NCBI GenBank assembly: GCA_964291625.2
Contig: OZ220089.1
Coordinates: forward strand, 1,312,001-1,376,000
Direction of reading: 5' to 3'
DNA length: 64,000 nucleotides
From: Candidatus Latescibacterota bacterium
GTDB lineage: Bacteria > Latescibacterota > UBA2968 > UBA8231
Shown here: positions 1-10,110 of the stretch, in pieces
Position numbering within the stretch: the stretch's first letter is position 1
Layout: each line of letters begins with the position of its first letter
Made by a program: the position numbers and the translations under genes
Notes under the pieces: generated by a model
Databases searched by the model: none
What the model saw: the letters and a program-made list of their open reading frames with translations, nothing else
Told to the model about the DNA's origin: nothing

Positions 1-298
1 CCTGGCCCGGCTCGAGGGTCTTCTCGATGGCTGCGGCCGCTTCCTGCATCGCCGCGGCGAGGTCCGGCAGCGCCCTGGCGCTCAGGCAGATGACCGTGGT
101 GCCGTAGGCCAGGGACAGGTACGAGCAGCTCAGGAGGCCGGCGTCGACCAGGCTTCGGGCCCGCTGCACCTCCCGGTTCAGGTCGCGGAACTCGCCCGGG
201 GGCATGCCGATGTTGACGTTCTGGCAGACCAGGTGTATACCGCCGTGCTCACAGCGGTAGATGGTCGCCACGGGGGGATTGCTGACGATGGGCTCCAT
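1..298 (-). CDS. Hypothetical protein, runs off the window edge (weak DUF6686-like resemblance)
   Basis: Manual translation from ATG 298: MEPIVSNPPVATIYRCEHGGIHLVCQNVNIGMPPGEFRDL..., open to position 1. Not in the ORF track because it has no stop in the window. Confidence 0.7.
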   Translation of the reverse strand, partial: MEPIVSNPPVATIYRCEHGGIHLVCQNVNIGMPPGEFRDLNREVQRARSLVDAGLLSCSYLSLAYGTTVICLSARALPDLAAAMQEAAAAIEKTLEPGQ

Positions 299-309
299 GA
301 GGTATCTTT

Positions 310-388
310 CCCGTCGGAGACGAAAAAGCCCGGACGGGTTCCGGTCGCAGACCGGTGCCGTCGTCTTGGGCTTGCGTTTCTCGACGGG
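310..388 (-). terminator. Long imperfect hairpin with U-tract in the 5' leader (attenuator-like)
   Basis: Nested inverted repeats cccgtcg/cgacggg, aagccc/gggctt, gacgg/ccgtc, ccggtc/gaccgg; minus strand reads gggcttttt. Confidence 0.5.
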
Positions 389-431
389 CTATTGGCGAAG
401 TGCTGGCAGGCGCAGCCAATAGCCCTTTTTT
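386..431 (+). terminator. Stem-loop followed by T6
   Basis: gggctattggc (386-396) / gccaatagccc (415-425), then tttttt. Confidence 0.55.
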
Positions 432-435
432 GTGC

Positions 436-468
436 TTACTCGTGGCGGTCGTCTTGCTGATCTTCCAT
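436..468 (-). CDS. Putative leader peptide MEDQQDDRHE (17 aa if started at 489)
   Basis: ATG 468, TAA 436-438, gagga upstream; lies immediately before the overlapping hairpins. Confidence 0.3.
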   Translation of the reverse strand: MEDQQDDRHE

Positions 469-555
469 TTGTACTGTGTTCCTCACCATCGTCTACTTAG
501 CGGCACTGTCGTTTGTCTATCAGGTTTTATGTTTGGCTTGCCGAACTTTTGTATG

Positions 556-583
556 AAGGTATGCCCGCCTGAGCAATTGTCAA
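556..583 (-). promoter_or_regulatory. Sigma70-like promoter
   Basis: TTGACA-16 bp-TACCTT in an AT-richer intergenic region. Confidence 0.4.
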
Positions 584-612
584 TGAAATTCTTGCCGCCC
601 CCGGGGTGACCG

Positions 613-1806
613 ATGCCCCGACTCCGCAGCCCCCTCGCCGAGTGGACCCGGGACTGGACCCTGCTGGCCGCCGCCGTCGCCGGCGTCGGCGTGTTCTTCG
701 GGGTGCAGCTGACCCTGTTCAACAACTTCATCGTCGAGCGCCTCGACATCGAGGCCCGGGAGCTCGGCTGGGTGGAGTCCCTGCGCGAGGTCCCGGGGTT
801 CCTGAACGCCCTCTTCGTGGCCCTCATGATCCGCATGGCGCCCTCGCTGGTGGCCGCCGCGGCCCTGGCGATCATGGGCCTCGGCCTGATGGCCTACGCC
901 GACGTGGGCTCGGTGCCGGCCCTGATCCTCTACTCCGTGGTGTGGAGCGTCGGCTTCCACTGCTGGCTGCCCATGGAGGCGACCCTGGCCCTGCGGTTCT
1001 CTCCGTCCGGCGGCAAGGGCCGGTGGCTCGGCCAGCTGCGCGCCATCGGCAGCATCGCCATGCTCGTCACCATCGGCGCCTGCATGGTCCTGCTGGACCT
1101 GGTGAACTACGAGGGGATGTACCTGCTCGCCGGGGGGGCCACGGTCCTCGGGGGCGCCGCCCTGATCTTCGCCTCCCGGGGCCACGCCGAGGTGGAGGAG
1201 AAGGGGTTCGTCCTCAAGAGGCGGTATGGTCTCTTCTACCTGCTCCAGTTCCTGGAGGGCTGCCGGCGGCAGATCTTCACCACCTTCGCCGTCTTCGCCC
1301 TCGTCAAGGTCCACGGCATGCCGGTGAAGACGACGATCACCCTGCTGCTGATCAACCAGGTGCTGGTGACGCTCACGGCGCCTGCCGTGGGCCGCCTCGT
1401 GGACCATCTGGGCGAACGCCGCATGCTCACCATCGGCTACGCCCTGCTGAGCCTGGTCTTCGTCGGCTACGGCCTCATCGATCACCGGCCGACGCTCTAC
1501 GTCCTCTTCTGCCTGGACAACCTCCTCTTCATGTCGGGCATCGCCCTGACGACCTACATCAACAAGATCGCCCTGGCGGAGGACCTCAAGCCGACCCTGT
1601 CCATGGGCGTGACCATGAACCACTTCGCGGCGGTGGCGGTACCCCTCCTCTTCGGGACCGCCTGGCACTTCTTCGGCCACCGTGTGATCTTCCTCACCGC
1701 CGCTGTCCTCGCCCTGCTGTCCACGGTCGCCAGCCAGTGGGTGGACCCCGTCAAGTCCGCCGGGACGGCCGGCGGGGACCGGGAGATCCCGGACTCCGGC
1801 GGATAG
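613..1806 (+). CDS. MFS transporter
   Basis: About 12 hydrophobic segments; GRLVDHLGERR MFS loop motif. Confidence 0.9.
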   Translation: MPRLRSPLAEWTRDWTLLAAAVAGVGVFFGVQLTLFNNFIVERLDIEARELGWVESLREVPGFLNALFVALMIRMAPSLVAAAALAIMGLGLMAYADVGSVPALILYSVVWSVGFHCWLPMEATLALRFSPSGGKGRWLGQLRAIGSIAMLVTIGACMVLLDLVNYEGMYLLAGGATVLGGAALIFASRGHAEVEEKGFVLKRRYGLFYLLQFLEGCRRQIFTTFAVFALVKVHGMPVKTTITLLLINQVLVTLTAPAVGRLVDHLGERRMLTIGYALLSLVFVGYGLIDHRPTLYVLFCLDNLLFMSGIALTTYINKIALAEDLKPTLSMGVTMNHFAAVAVPLLFGTAWHFFGHRVIFLTAAVLALLSTVASQWVDPVKSAGTAGGDREIPDSGG

Positions 1807-1852
1807 ACCACCCGCCGCCGCCCGCGCCGATGCAGAGCCGCCGGGCCTCGCC

Positions 1853-4184
1853 ATGCTGCTCCCGCTGATCCTCGCGGCCACCACCGCCGCCGCCGAAGCC
1901 GCGGCAGCCCCTCCCTTCACCCTCGTGCGGGCCTTCCCCACCCTGCCGCTGGCGGCCCCCGTCTACATGGAGCCGTCGGGGGACGGCAGCGGCCGCCTCT
2001 TCGTCGCCGGGAAGTCCGGCCTCGTCCGGGTCTTCCACCCGGCTCGGCAGGACACGGGGAGGATCTTCATCGACCTGCGGCCCCGGGCGCGCGACTTCCG
2101 GCCGGAGACCGGCCTCCTCGGGATGGCCTTCCACCCCGGGTTCGCCGCCAACGGGCGGTTCTTCGTCCACTACTCGGGGAGGAACTTCCGCACCGTGCTC
2201 TCGGAGTTCCGCGTCTCCGCGGACGACCCGGACCGCGCCGGCCCCCGGGAGCGGATCCTCCTCGTGGTCCCGCAGCCGACGGACAGCCACAACGGCGGCC
2301 ACATCGAGTTCGGGCCCGACGGCTTCCTCTACATGGGGCTCGGCGACGGCGGCGGCGTGGAGGGGGAGCCCCGCCGCGATCACGGCCAGGACCTCACCAC
2401 CCTGCTGGGCGCGATCCTGCGGATCGACGTCGACGCCGGCGGCGAGGGCTACGCCATTCCCGCGGACAACCCCTTCGCCGGCAACGGCCGCGGCTGGCGC
2501 GAGGAGATCTGGGCCTTCGGCCTGCGCAATCCCTGGCGCTTCAGCTTCGATCCGCTCTCCGGCCTGATCTGGGCGGGCGACGTGGGCGAGAAGGACCGCG
2601 AGGAGATCGACCTCGTCGAGCGCGGCGGCAACTACGGCTGGGCGCGCATGGAGGGTAGCCTCTGCCGCGACCCCGAAGGATGCGACGATCCCGCTCTCGT
2701 CCCGCCGGTCTTCGAGTACGGGCGGGAGGACGGACTCGCCGTGATCGGGGGCTTCGTCTACGAGGGCCGCCGCTGGCCGGAGCTGGCCGGCCGCTACCTC
2801 TTCGGCGACTTCGGCTCCCGCAAGCTCTGGGCCCTGCGCCGAAACGGGGACGCGTGGAGCAGCGAGCTGCTGGCGGTGGCCGACGACCACGTCCTGGCCT
2901 TCGGGAGGGACGCGGAGAAGGAGCTGTACGTGCTGGCCGGTGACGGCGTGTACCGGCTGGAGTCCGCCGCCGGGCGCGAGCTGCCGCCGCCGCGGCTGTC
3001 GCAGACCGGGCTCTTCTCCCGCATGAATCCGCTGGAGCCGGCCCCGGGGGTGAGGCCGTACGAGGTCAACGCCCCGCTGTGGTCGGACGGGGCCGGCAAG
3101 AGGCGCTACCTGGCGCTGCCGGAGGGCGGCCGCATCCGCTTCCGCGGCGACGGCGCCTGGGAGCTGCCGGACGGCACCGTGCTGGTGAAGAGCTTCCACC
3201 TCGGAGAGCGGATCGTCGAGACGCGGCTGCTGATCAAGCGGACCGGCCACCCGGGATGGGACGGGTACTCCTACAAGTGGAACGACGAACGGAGCGAGGC
3301 CTTCCTGCTCGAGGGTGGCCGAGACAGGGGAGTTCGCGGTCTCCTCGCCGGACGGGGCCGGGAGCCATAGCCACTACTTCCCGTCGAGGGGTCAGTGCGG
3401 CGACTGCCACACCCCGGCCTCGGGGTATGTCCTCGGCCTGCGCACCGGGCAGATGAACCGCGGCGGCCTGATCGAGCGCTGGCAGCGGGACGGGCTGTTC
3501 GCCGGCGATCTGCCGCCGCCGGAGAGCTGGGCGAAGTGGCCGGAGCCGGCCGACGGGGCCGCCCCGCTGGAGCCGCGGGCCCGCGCCTACCTCGCCGCCA
3601 ACTGCGCCAACTGCCATCTCCCGGGCCACGCCATCCGGGCGCGGTTCGACCTGCGCTTCGACACGCCCCTGGAGGAGACGGGCCTCCTCGAGAAGGCCCG
3701 TCTGGTGAACCTCGGGGTGCCGGATGGGTGGATCGTCGAGCCGGGGGAACCGCGCCGCTCCCTGCTCTACCTGCGCATGCTCGAGGCCGGCCGCTGGCGC
3801 ATGCCGCCGCTGGCGACCACCCTGGTGGACACGTTGGGGGCCCGGCTCGTGGGCCGCTGGATCGAGCGTCTGGAAGATCCGACCGCCGTCGAGGCGGCGG
3901 CGGGAGAGCAGGTGCTGCCGCGGGAGTTCGCCCTGCTGCCACCGTATCCCAACCCGGCCAACGCGGGTCTGGCGATCCCCTTCGCTCTCGCGGCGGCGGG
4001 AAAGGTGCGGCTGGAGCTGCTCAACCTGGAGGGCCAGCGTCTCGAGGTCCTGCGGGAGGGGATGCTGCCGAGGGGCAGCCACTTGGTGCGCTGGGACGGC
4101 GGGGGCCGCGCCAGCGGCCTCTACCTGGTGCGGCTGACCGCCGGCGGCTGGACACAGTCGCGCAAGGTGGTGCTGCTGCGCTGA
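1853..4184 (+). CDS. PQQ-dependent sugar dehydrogenase (GSDH) propeller + diheme cytochrome c domain + C-terminal sorting domain; frameshift at ~3314
   Basis: HNGGHIEFGPDG and GLRNPWRFSFD (GSDH); LSQTGLF..PLWSDGA..ETRLL; CGDCH and CANCH; PYPNP...SGLYLVRL...RKVVLLR. ORFs 1853-3370 and 3315-4184 join if one G of ggg 3313-3315 is removed. Confidence 0.85.
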
Positions 4185-4622
4185 GCGGGTGGCGGCGCCG
4201 GCTTGCGGCGGGCCTGCGGGAGGGCGACGAGCGGCCCGATGCCGGCTCGCAAGGGTGGAGTGCTGCGCTGAGCGGGTGGCGAGGCCGACTTGCGGGAGGC
4301 CGGCCCGGGGGGCGACGAGGGCCGGATACCCGCCGGCAGGCCGGGTGCTCCGCTGAGCTGGGTAGCGAGGCGGCCTGCGGGGGGCCTGCGGAGGGCGAGG
4401 AGCGGCCGGATGTCAGCTCGCAAGGCCGGGTGTTGCGCTGAGCGGGTGGCGAGGCCGACTTGCGGGAGGCCGGCCCGGGCGGCGACGAGGGCCGGATGCC
4501 GGCCCGCAAGGCCGGGTGCTGCGCTGAGCGGGTGGCGGACGGACTTGCGGGAGGCCGGCCCGGGGGCGACGAGGGCCGGGTACCGGCCCGCAAGCCGGGG
4601 TGCTGCGCTGAACCGCGTGGCG
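4174..4622. repeat. Tandem array of ~84-87 bp degenerate palindromic units (5 full + 1 partial)
   Basis: tgctgcgctgagcgggtggc-like motif at 4174, 4261, 4347, 4431, 4517, 4601; internal inverted cttgcggg...cccgcaag. Confidence 0.9.
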
Positions 4623-4677
4623 CCGCGGGAACCCGCGATGGACGCCGGCCGGTGACGTGTCCGCCCAGGTCCGGCGC

Positions 4678-6150
4678 TCAGCCCGGCGGCGCCCAGGAGG
4701 TCTCCGGGTCCAGCGGGTAGACGGGCCGCCGCAGGCGGCTGTAGTCCCGCGGGCGCGGGATCTGCCGGTCGAAGCCGGGGCTGTCCACCATCAGGATCGA
4801 CGCCGCCACGTCCTTGTATGTGACCAGCGGGTTGAGTCCCTCCTTGACGACGATGAACTCCAGCGCCCGGGGGTCGAGGCCGACCTCCTCGAGGAAGGTG
4901 GGTCCGCCGAGCTTGCCGGCGCGCTCGATCAGCACGATCGACAGGCCCCGCCCCTCGACCACGGCGATGGCGCCCACGGGCGTCTCGTAGCCGGAGTGGA
5001 TGGAGGTGTGGCCGTGCACGTCGCGGTGCACGGACCGGACCACGCCGGCGAACTCCAAGGGCGGGTTGTCCTCGGTGCAGACCCGGCCGCCGATGGAGAG
5101 CCGCACCGGCGCTCCCGGACCCGCGGCCGCCGCCACCGGCGCGGAGACGGCGTCGACGACGCCCACCGCCGCAGACTGCCCGATGGCGTGCTCGTAGAGG
5201 TAGCGGGCCGTGGAGACCACGTCCCCCGAGGCCCCGCCGAGGGTGCAGTCGGCCAGCTCGTTCAGGACCACCGGCCGCCCCGGGACGGCCCGGCCCATGC
5301 GCACCGCCTCCTCCACGGGGTGGATGGGAAAGCGGAACTGGTCGCGCATGGACCACATGCGCGCCGCCAGGCGGCGGGCGCAGGCCCGGGCCAGGGCGGA
5401 GTCGCCGCGGGTGGTGACCGAGACGGCGGCGCCCTGGATGCTGACGTCGGCCCAGGGATAGCCTACGTAGAAGGAGCTGGAGACGACCGACGGATCGGTG
5501 TCGATCTCCTCGGCCGCGGCGCGCAGCCCGTCGATCGGCTCGCCGCGGTTCTCGGCCGGCGTGATCAGGGGCAGCTTGACGAAGGCGGTGGCGAACTCCA
5601 CCCGCCCGTCGATCCGCTCCACCAGGTGCTCCGCCGTTCGCCGCCCGACCTCGAACTGGTCGACGTGGGGGTGGGTCCGGTAGCCGACGAGGATGTCGCT
5701 GGTGGCGGCCATCTCCCCGGTGACGTTGGCGTGGTGGTCCAGGGTCACGGCCAGCGGCGTCTCCGGCCACCGGGCGCGGACCCGCTGCAGCAGGTCCCCC
5801 TCGGGGTCCTCGATCCCCTCCACCGTCATCGCTCCGTGCAGGCACAGGAGGATGCCGTCCAGGGGTGCGGCGGCGGCCAGCCGCCGGAGCAGCTCGCCGC
5901 GGATCTCCAGGTAGGCGGACCTCTCCACGAGGGGGGAGGGCATGGCCCAGGCCGACAAGGTGGGGATGATCTCGGCGCCATGCCGCCGCAGCTCGTGCAG
6001 GGCGCCGCCGACCTCGGATCCGGTGCCGGCGTGGGCCTCGACGATGTCGGCGCCGGTGATGAGCTGGGTGCGCCGGAAGTGGTCCAGCGTCGTGAGCCCC
6101 GGCGCGAAGGTGTTGGACTCGTGCATCAGGGCGCCGATGGCGACCCGCAT
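4678..6150 (-). CDS. M81 family metallopeptidase (MlrC-like)
   Basis: MRVAIGALMHESNTF, LCLHGAM, TLDHHANV, YRTHPHVD. Confidence 0.9.
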   Translation of the reverse strand: MRVAIGALMHESNTFAPGLTTLDHFRRTQLITGADIVEAHAGTGSEVGGALHELRRHGAEIIPTLSAWAMPSPLVERSAYLEIRGELLRRLAAAAPLDGILLCLHGAMTVEGIEDPEGDLLQRVRARWPETPLAVTLDHHANVTGEMAATSDILVGYRTHPHVDQFEVGRRTAEHLVERIDGRVEFATAFVKLPLITPAENRGEPIDGLRAAAEEIDTDPSVVSSSFYVGYPWADVSIQGAAVSVTTRGDSALARACARRLAARMWSMRDQFRFPIHPVEEAVRMGRAVPGRPVVLNELADCTLGGASGDVVSTARYLYEHAIGQSAAVGVVDAVSAPVAAAAGPGAPVRLSIGGRVCTEDNPPLEFAGVVRSVHRDVHGHTSIHSGYETPVGAIAVVEGRGLSIVLIERAGKLGGPTFLEEVGLDPRALEFIVVKEGLNPLVTYKDVAASILMVDSPGFDRQIPRPRDYSRLRRPVYPLDPETSWAPPG

Positions 6151-7124
6151 CAGCCGCCCGTCCGCCGCTCCAGGGCCAGGTCGATCATCCGGTCGATGGT
6201 GTACCGCGGCGCGTACCCCAGCAGGCGCCCCGCCTTGTCGTTGCTGATGCGGTAGCGCCCCAGCCCGGAGAGGCGGATCCCCGCCCACGGCCGGTCCAGC
6301 CCACGGGCCACCTTCTCGATGCAGTCCAGGAAGCGGAAGGGGGCGTCGCCGGCGATGTTGAAGATCTGGTTGGCAGCGGCCTCGTGGTTCTCCAGGGCCA
6401 GGACGAAGCCGTCGGCGATGTCGTCGGCGTGGGCCAGCTGCACCTCCACCGAGGTGCCGTCCTCGTAGAGGGGGGCGATCAGGCCGGGGCCCTCGGCGCG
6501 GAGGGCGTCGAGCCGCTCCTGCTCCCCGGGCGCCAGCAGGGTCTCCCAGAACTCCGGCTCGAAGGCCTGCAGCACGTCGCTCTCGTCGAGGGTCCAGCCG
6601 ACGCGGTGGATGGCGCAGGGCAGCCCGTAGGACTTCTGGTAGTTCACGCACATGCTCTCGAGGGTGGCCTTGGCCAGGGAGTAGAAGCGGCCCGGCCGCA
6701 GGGTGATCTCCACCTCCTCGGTGATCACCTCTTCGTGCGCCCGGTAGATGGCGCAGAACACGGCGTCGCTACTGGCGAAGGCGAGGAGCCGCACCGTCCC
6801 CGCCTGGCGCGCCGCCTCCAGGACGTTGTAGGTGCCGCGCACCAGGTGGTCGAAGAGATGGTCGTTCTCGAGGCTGTCCTCCACGGCGGTGCCCATCTCG
6901 AAGACGGCGGCGAGGTGGCAGACGAAGTCGCAGCCGGCCACGGCGTCGGCGAAGGTGGAACGGTCGCGGACGTCGCCGCGGACCAGGGTCATATCGCTGG
7001 AGGCGATGCCCTCGGGTTCGTTGTTGTGGACCAGGACGCGCACCTGGTAGCCCCGGTCCAGCAGCTTGCCGAGGAGCCGGCGGCCGATGCGGCCGGCGCC
7101 GCCGGTGAGGAAGACGGTCTTCAA
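6150..7124 (-). CDS. NAD-dependent epimerase/dehydratase
   Basis: TTG start overlaps upstream stop; TGGAGRIG, HLAA, YSLAK (YxxxK). Confidence 0.88.
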   Translation of the reverse strand: MKTVFLTGGAGRIGRRLLGKLLDRGYQVRVLVHNNEPEGIASSDMTLVRGDVRDRSTFADAVAGCDFVCHLAAVFEMGTAVEDSLENDHLFDHLVRGTYNVLEAARQAGTVRLLAFASSDAVFCAIYRAHEEVITEEVEITLRPGRFYSLAKATLESMCVNYQKSYGLPCAIHRVGWTLDESDVLQAFEPEFWETLLAPGEQERLDALRAEGPGLIAPLYEDGTSVEVQLAHADDIADGFVLALENHEAAANQIFNIAGDAPFRFLDCIEKVARGLDRPWAGIRLSGLGRYRISNDKAGRLLGYAPRYTIDRMIDLALERRTGG

Positions 7125-8284
7125 ACCAGCTCGCCGCGGTGGTCGAGGACCTTGCTCACCGCGTCCGCAATCAGGCCGACCTGATCCTCGCCGGCGAGCA
7201 GGGCGTGGTGGAAGATCCAGACCGAGCGCGCCGACAGCTCCGCCGAGACCGGGAACTCCCCCTCCGCCAGGCCGCTGTTCCGCAGGCAGACGACCTCGTG
7301 GAGGGCCGGGTACTGGTCCTCCACGGGCACGCCCTCGGCCCGCAGGGCCCGCTTGAAGGCGTCGCGAGGAACGTCGGCCTCCACCACGAAGGGGAAGAGG
7401 TAGTGCCCGTGCCGCCCGAGCCCGGGCTGGCGCTCCTGGGGGCGGACCCCGTCGATGGCGGAGAGCCGCTCGTTGAGCAGCGCTCCGTGGCGGTCGCGCC
7501 GGTCGCAGAGCTCCTCGAGTCGGCTCATCTGGGCCAGGAGCAGGGCCGCCTGCAGCTCCGAGAGGCGGTAGTTGCTGCCGAGGGTGAAGTGGTTGTAGTC
7601 GTCCTCGCTGCCGTGGCGCCCGGCGCTGTGGATGGCCCGCATCCTCGCCAGCAGCCGCTCCGACCGGGTGACCACGGCGCCGCCCTCGCCGCAGCAGAGG
7701 GTCTTGCTGGACTGGAAGCTGAAGGTGCCGACCTCGCCGAAGGAGCCGGCGTACCTCCCGTCCAGGTGGGCGCCGTGGGCGTGGGCGCAGTCCTCGACCA
7801 CGGCTAGGCCGTAGCGGTCGGCCAGGAGGAGGGTGGCCTCCATGTCGCACAGGTTGCCGCCGAAATGGACGGGGATGACGGCGCGGGTGCGCTCGGTGAC
7901 CGCCGCCTCGACCGCGGCGGGGTCGATGGTGAAGGTGTCCGGCCGCACGTCGACCAGGACCGGCCGGATCCCCAGGCGCATGGGGGCGGTGGCCGTGGCC
8001 ACGAAGGTGTAGTCGGGGACGATGACCTCGTCGCCAAGACCGAGGCCCAGGGCCTCGAGGGCCATCTCGATGGCCACGGTGCCGTTGGCCACCGGCAGCA
8101 CGTGGCCCGCCTGCTGGAACTCGGCGAAACGGCGGGAGAACTCGGCCAGACACTCGCCGCCGACCCCCCAGGTGCCGCTCTCGAGGGCGGCCTGCACCCG
8201 CGCGCGTTCGGTGCCGTCCTGGATCGGCCAGCCCGGGAAGGGATCCGTGATCAGGGGGTCGCCGGAGTGGATCGCCAGGGGCAA
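7121..8284 (-). CDS. DegT/DnrJ/EryC1/StrS aminotransferase
   Basis: NGTVA, GDEVIVPDYTFVAT, EDCAHAHG, FSFQSSK, GEGG; GGAGG before TTG 8284. Confidence 0.92.
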   Translation of the reverse strand: MPLAIHSGDPLITDPFPGWPIQDGTERARVQAALESGTWGVGGECLAEFSRRFAEFQQAGHVLPVANGTVAIEMALEALGLGLGDEVIVPDYTFVATATAPMRLGIRPVLVDVRPDTFTIDPAAVEAAVTERTRAVIPVHFGGNLCDMEATLLLADRYGLAVVEDCAHAHGAHLDGRYAGSFGEVGTFSFQSSKTLCCGEGGAVVTRSERLLARMRAIHSAGRHGSEDDYNHFTLGSNYRLSELQAALLLAQMSRLEELCDRRDRHGALLNERLSAIDGVRPQERQPGLGRHGHYLFPFVVEADVPRDAFKRALRAEGVPVEDQYPALHEVVCLRNSGLAEGEFPVSAELSARSVWIFHHALLAGEDQVGLIADAVSKVLDHRGELV

Positions 8285-8414
8285 GGGGTCCTCCGCGTGT
8301 TGGCGGGATTCCGGGGACGCCGGAAGCGGGCCTAGCATAGGGCGGGGTCCGGCGCCTCGACAAGCGGCCCCCCGCCTTGGAATCCGCTCCGGCGAGGGCC
8401 TATGCTTGCCCGGC

Positions 8415-9808
8415 GTGAGAGACGAATCGACGAAGATCCAGGGGAACCTGAGCCGCCGCGCGGTCCTCAAGGGCGGCCTCTACGGCAGCCTCGCGGCGGG
8501 ACTCGCCCCCTCCCTGCTGCTGGGCGGCTGCGGCCGCCGGAGCCGGCGCCCGCACGTCATCCTCATCACCCTCGACACCACCCGGGCGGACCACCTCTCC
8601 TGCTACGGCTATGCCCGGCACACGAGCCCCCACCTCGACCGGGTGGCGGCCGAGTCCGTCCTCTACGAGAAGGCGACCGCCCCCTCGAGCTGGACCCTGC
8701 CCTCCCACGCCGCCCTGTTCACCGGCAAGTTCACCGCCTCCCACGGCGCCCGCTACGACCCCGAGGGCCCCCTGCGCCTCGACCGCGCCATCGACGCCCC
8801 CGCTTCGTGGGAGGTCTTCCGGGCGCGGGGCCTGTCCCCGGAGGAGCCGACCCTGGCGCAGCTCCTGGGGCAGGCCGGGTACGCCACCGGCGCTGTCCTC
8901 GGCGGCCCCTGGATGAAGAAGATCTTCGGCCTCAACAAGGGCTTCGACTTCTACGACGACTCCTCGATCAGCTCGGTCTCCGGCCGCCTGGCCCCGGAGG
9001 TCACCCGCAGCGCCCTGCGCTGGACCGGCGCCCGGGAGGAGAAGCCCCTGTTCCTGTTCCTCAACTACTACGACCCCCACAGCCCCTACAACCCGCCCGA
9101 GCGCTTCGCCCGGACCTTCGTGCCCGCGGGGCCCGACCTGCGGGGCCGCAATATCACCCTCGAGGAACGGGTCGCCCTGTACGACGGCGAGATCCTCTAC
9201 ATGGACCGCTACATCGGCCGGCTGTTCAAGGAACTGAAAGCCCTGGGTTTGTACGACGACGCCCTCGTCGTGATCACCGCCGACCACGGCGAGCTGCTCG
9301 GCGAGCACGGCCGCTTCGGCCACGGCAACTACCTGCACCAGGAGGAGATCCACGTCCCCCTCTTCGTGAAGTACCCCGCCGGTGAGGTGGGACCCGCGCG
9401 CACCGACGTCCCCGTGCAGCTCGTCGACGTGATGGCCCTCCTCTTCGAGCGCCTGGAGCTGCCCCTGCCCGAGGGCGTCCAGGCGGGCCGGCCCCCCGAC
9501 ATCCGTCACCCGGTGGCAGCCGAGGCCTACCCCCTGCCCGTGCTCAGCTCCGACGGCCACTGGCGGGCCCTGCTGGAGGGGCGCCGCAAGCTGCTCTGGA
9601 ACAGCCTGGGGAACCACCAGCTCTTCGACCTGGAGAAGGACCCGGGGGAGGAGGAGAATCTCTTCGCGTCTCAGCCGCGGCGGGCGGAGGCGATGATGGG
9701 CCGGCTGAACCGCTTTCTCGAGGCGCTGCCGGCGCCGGGGGCCGCGGGGCCCAAGGGGCGGGTCGACGAGGAGACGGGGAAGGCCCTGGAGAGCCTGGGT
9801 ATCTCTGA
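8415..9808 (+). CDS. Tat-exported sulfatase-like hydrolase; probable frameshift in the last codons (ORF as written runs to 9887)
   Basis: SRRAVLK twin-Arg; LITLDTTRADH, WTLPSH (Thr at nucleophile position), YYDPH, TADHGE; adding one G at 9797-9799 gives the usual LESLGYL* end. Confidence 0.85.
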
Positions 9809-9946
9809 TCCCGCCTCAATGCCCGGAGGTGCTCAGCGCCGTGGGCTGGCGGCCTCTTGGGGACAGAGTTCGAGGAGGTCGGCTTAGGACTCCTGGAACC
9901 CATGGTCTTCGAACTACTGGCTTGGCTGTCCCCGGGATCCAGTACC

Positions 9947-10074
9947 TTAGTCGGGCAGTGCTACGGACGTCGAAACTCCGGCGCCGACCACGAAGAGGAC
10001 CCCTCCTCGCGCATGAGCCAGAAGGAGATCCTTCGGAATCAGCAGACCTTCTCAGAGTCGTCGCGAATGGACAA
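9947..10074 (-). pseudogene. N-terminal remnant of a SIR2-family (defence sirtuin-like) gene
   Basis: 10051-9947 translates EGLLIPKDLLLAHARGGVLFVVGAGVSTSVALPD*, containing the GAGxS...LPD sirtuin motif. Confidence 0.65.
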
Positions 10075-10110
10075 GGTGCCGGCGCTCCGCAGGTACAGGG
10101 TGGTCGGCGG

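Noticed and set aside
4174-4622. CRISPR array
   Set aside because: Whole units are mutually similar with no unique spacers, and no cas genes are in the window
9809-9887. C-terminal extension of the sulfatase
   Set aside because: Better explained by a 1-nt deletion just before the usual LGY-stop ending
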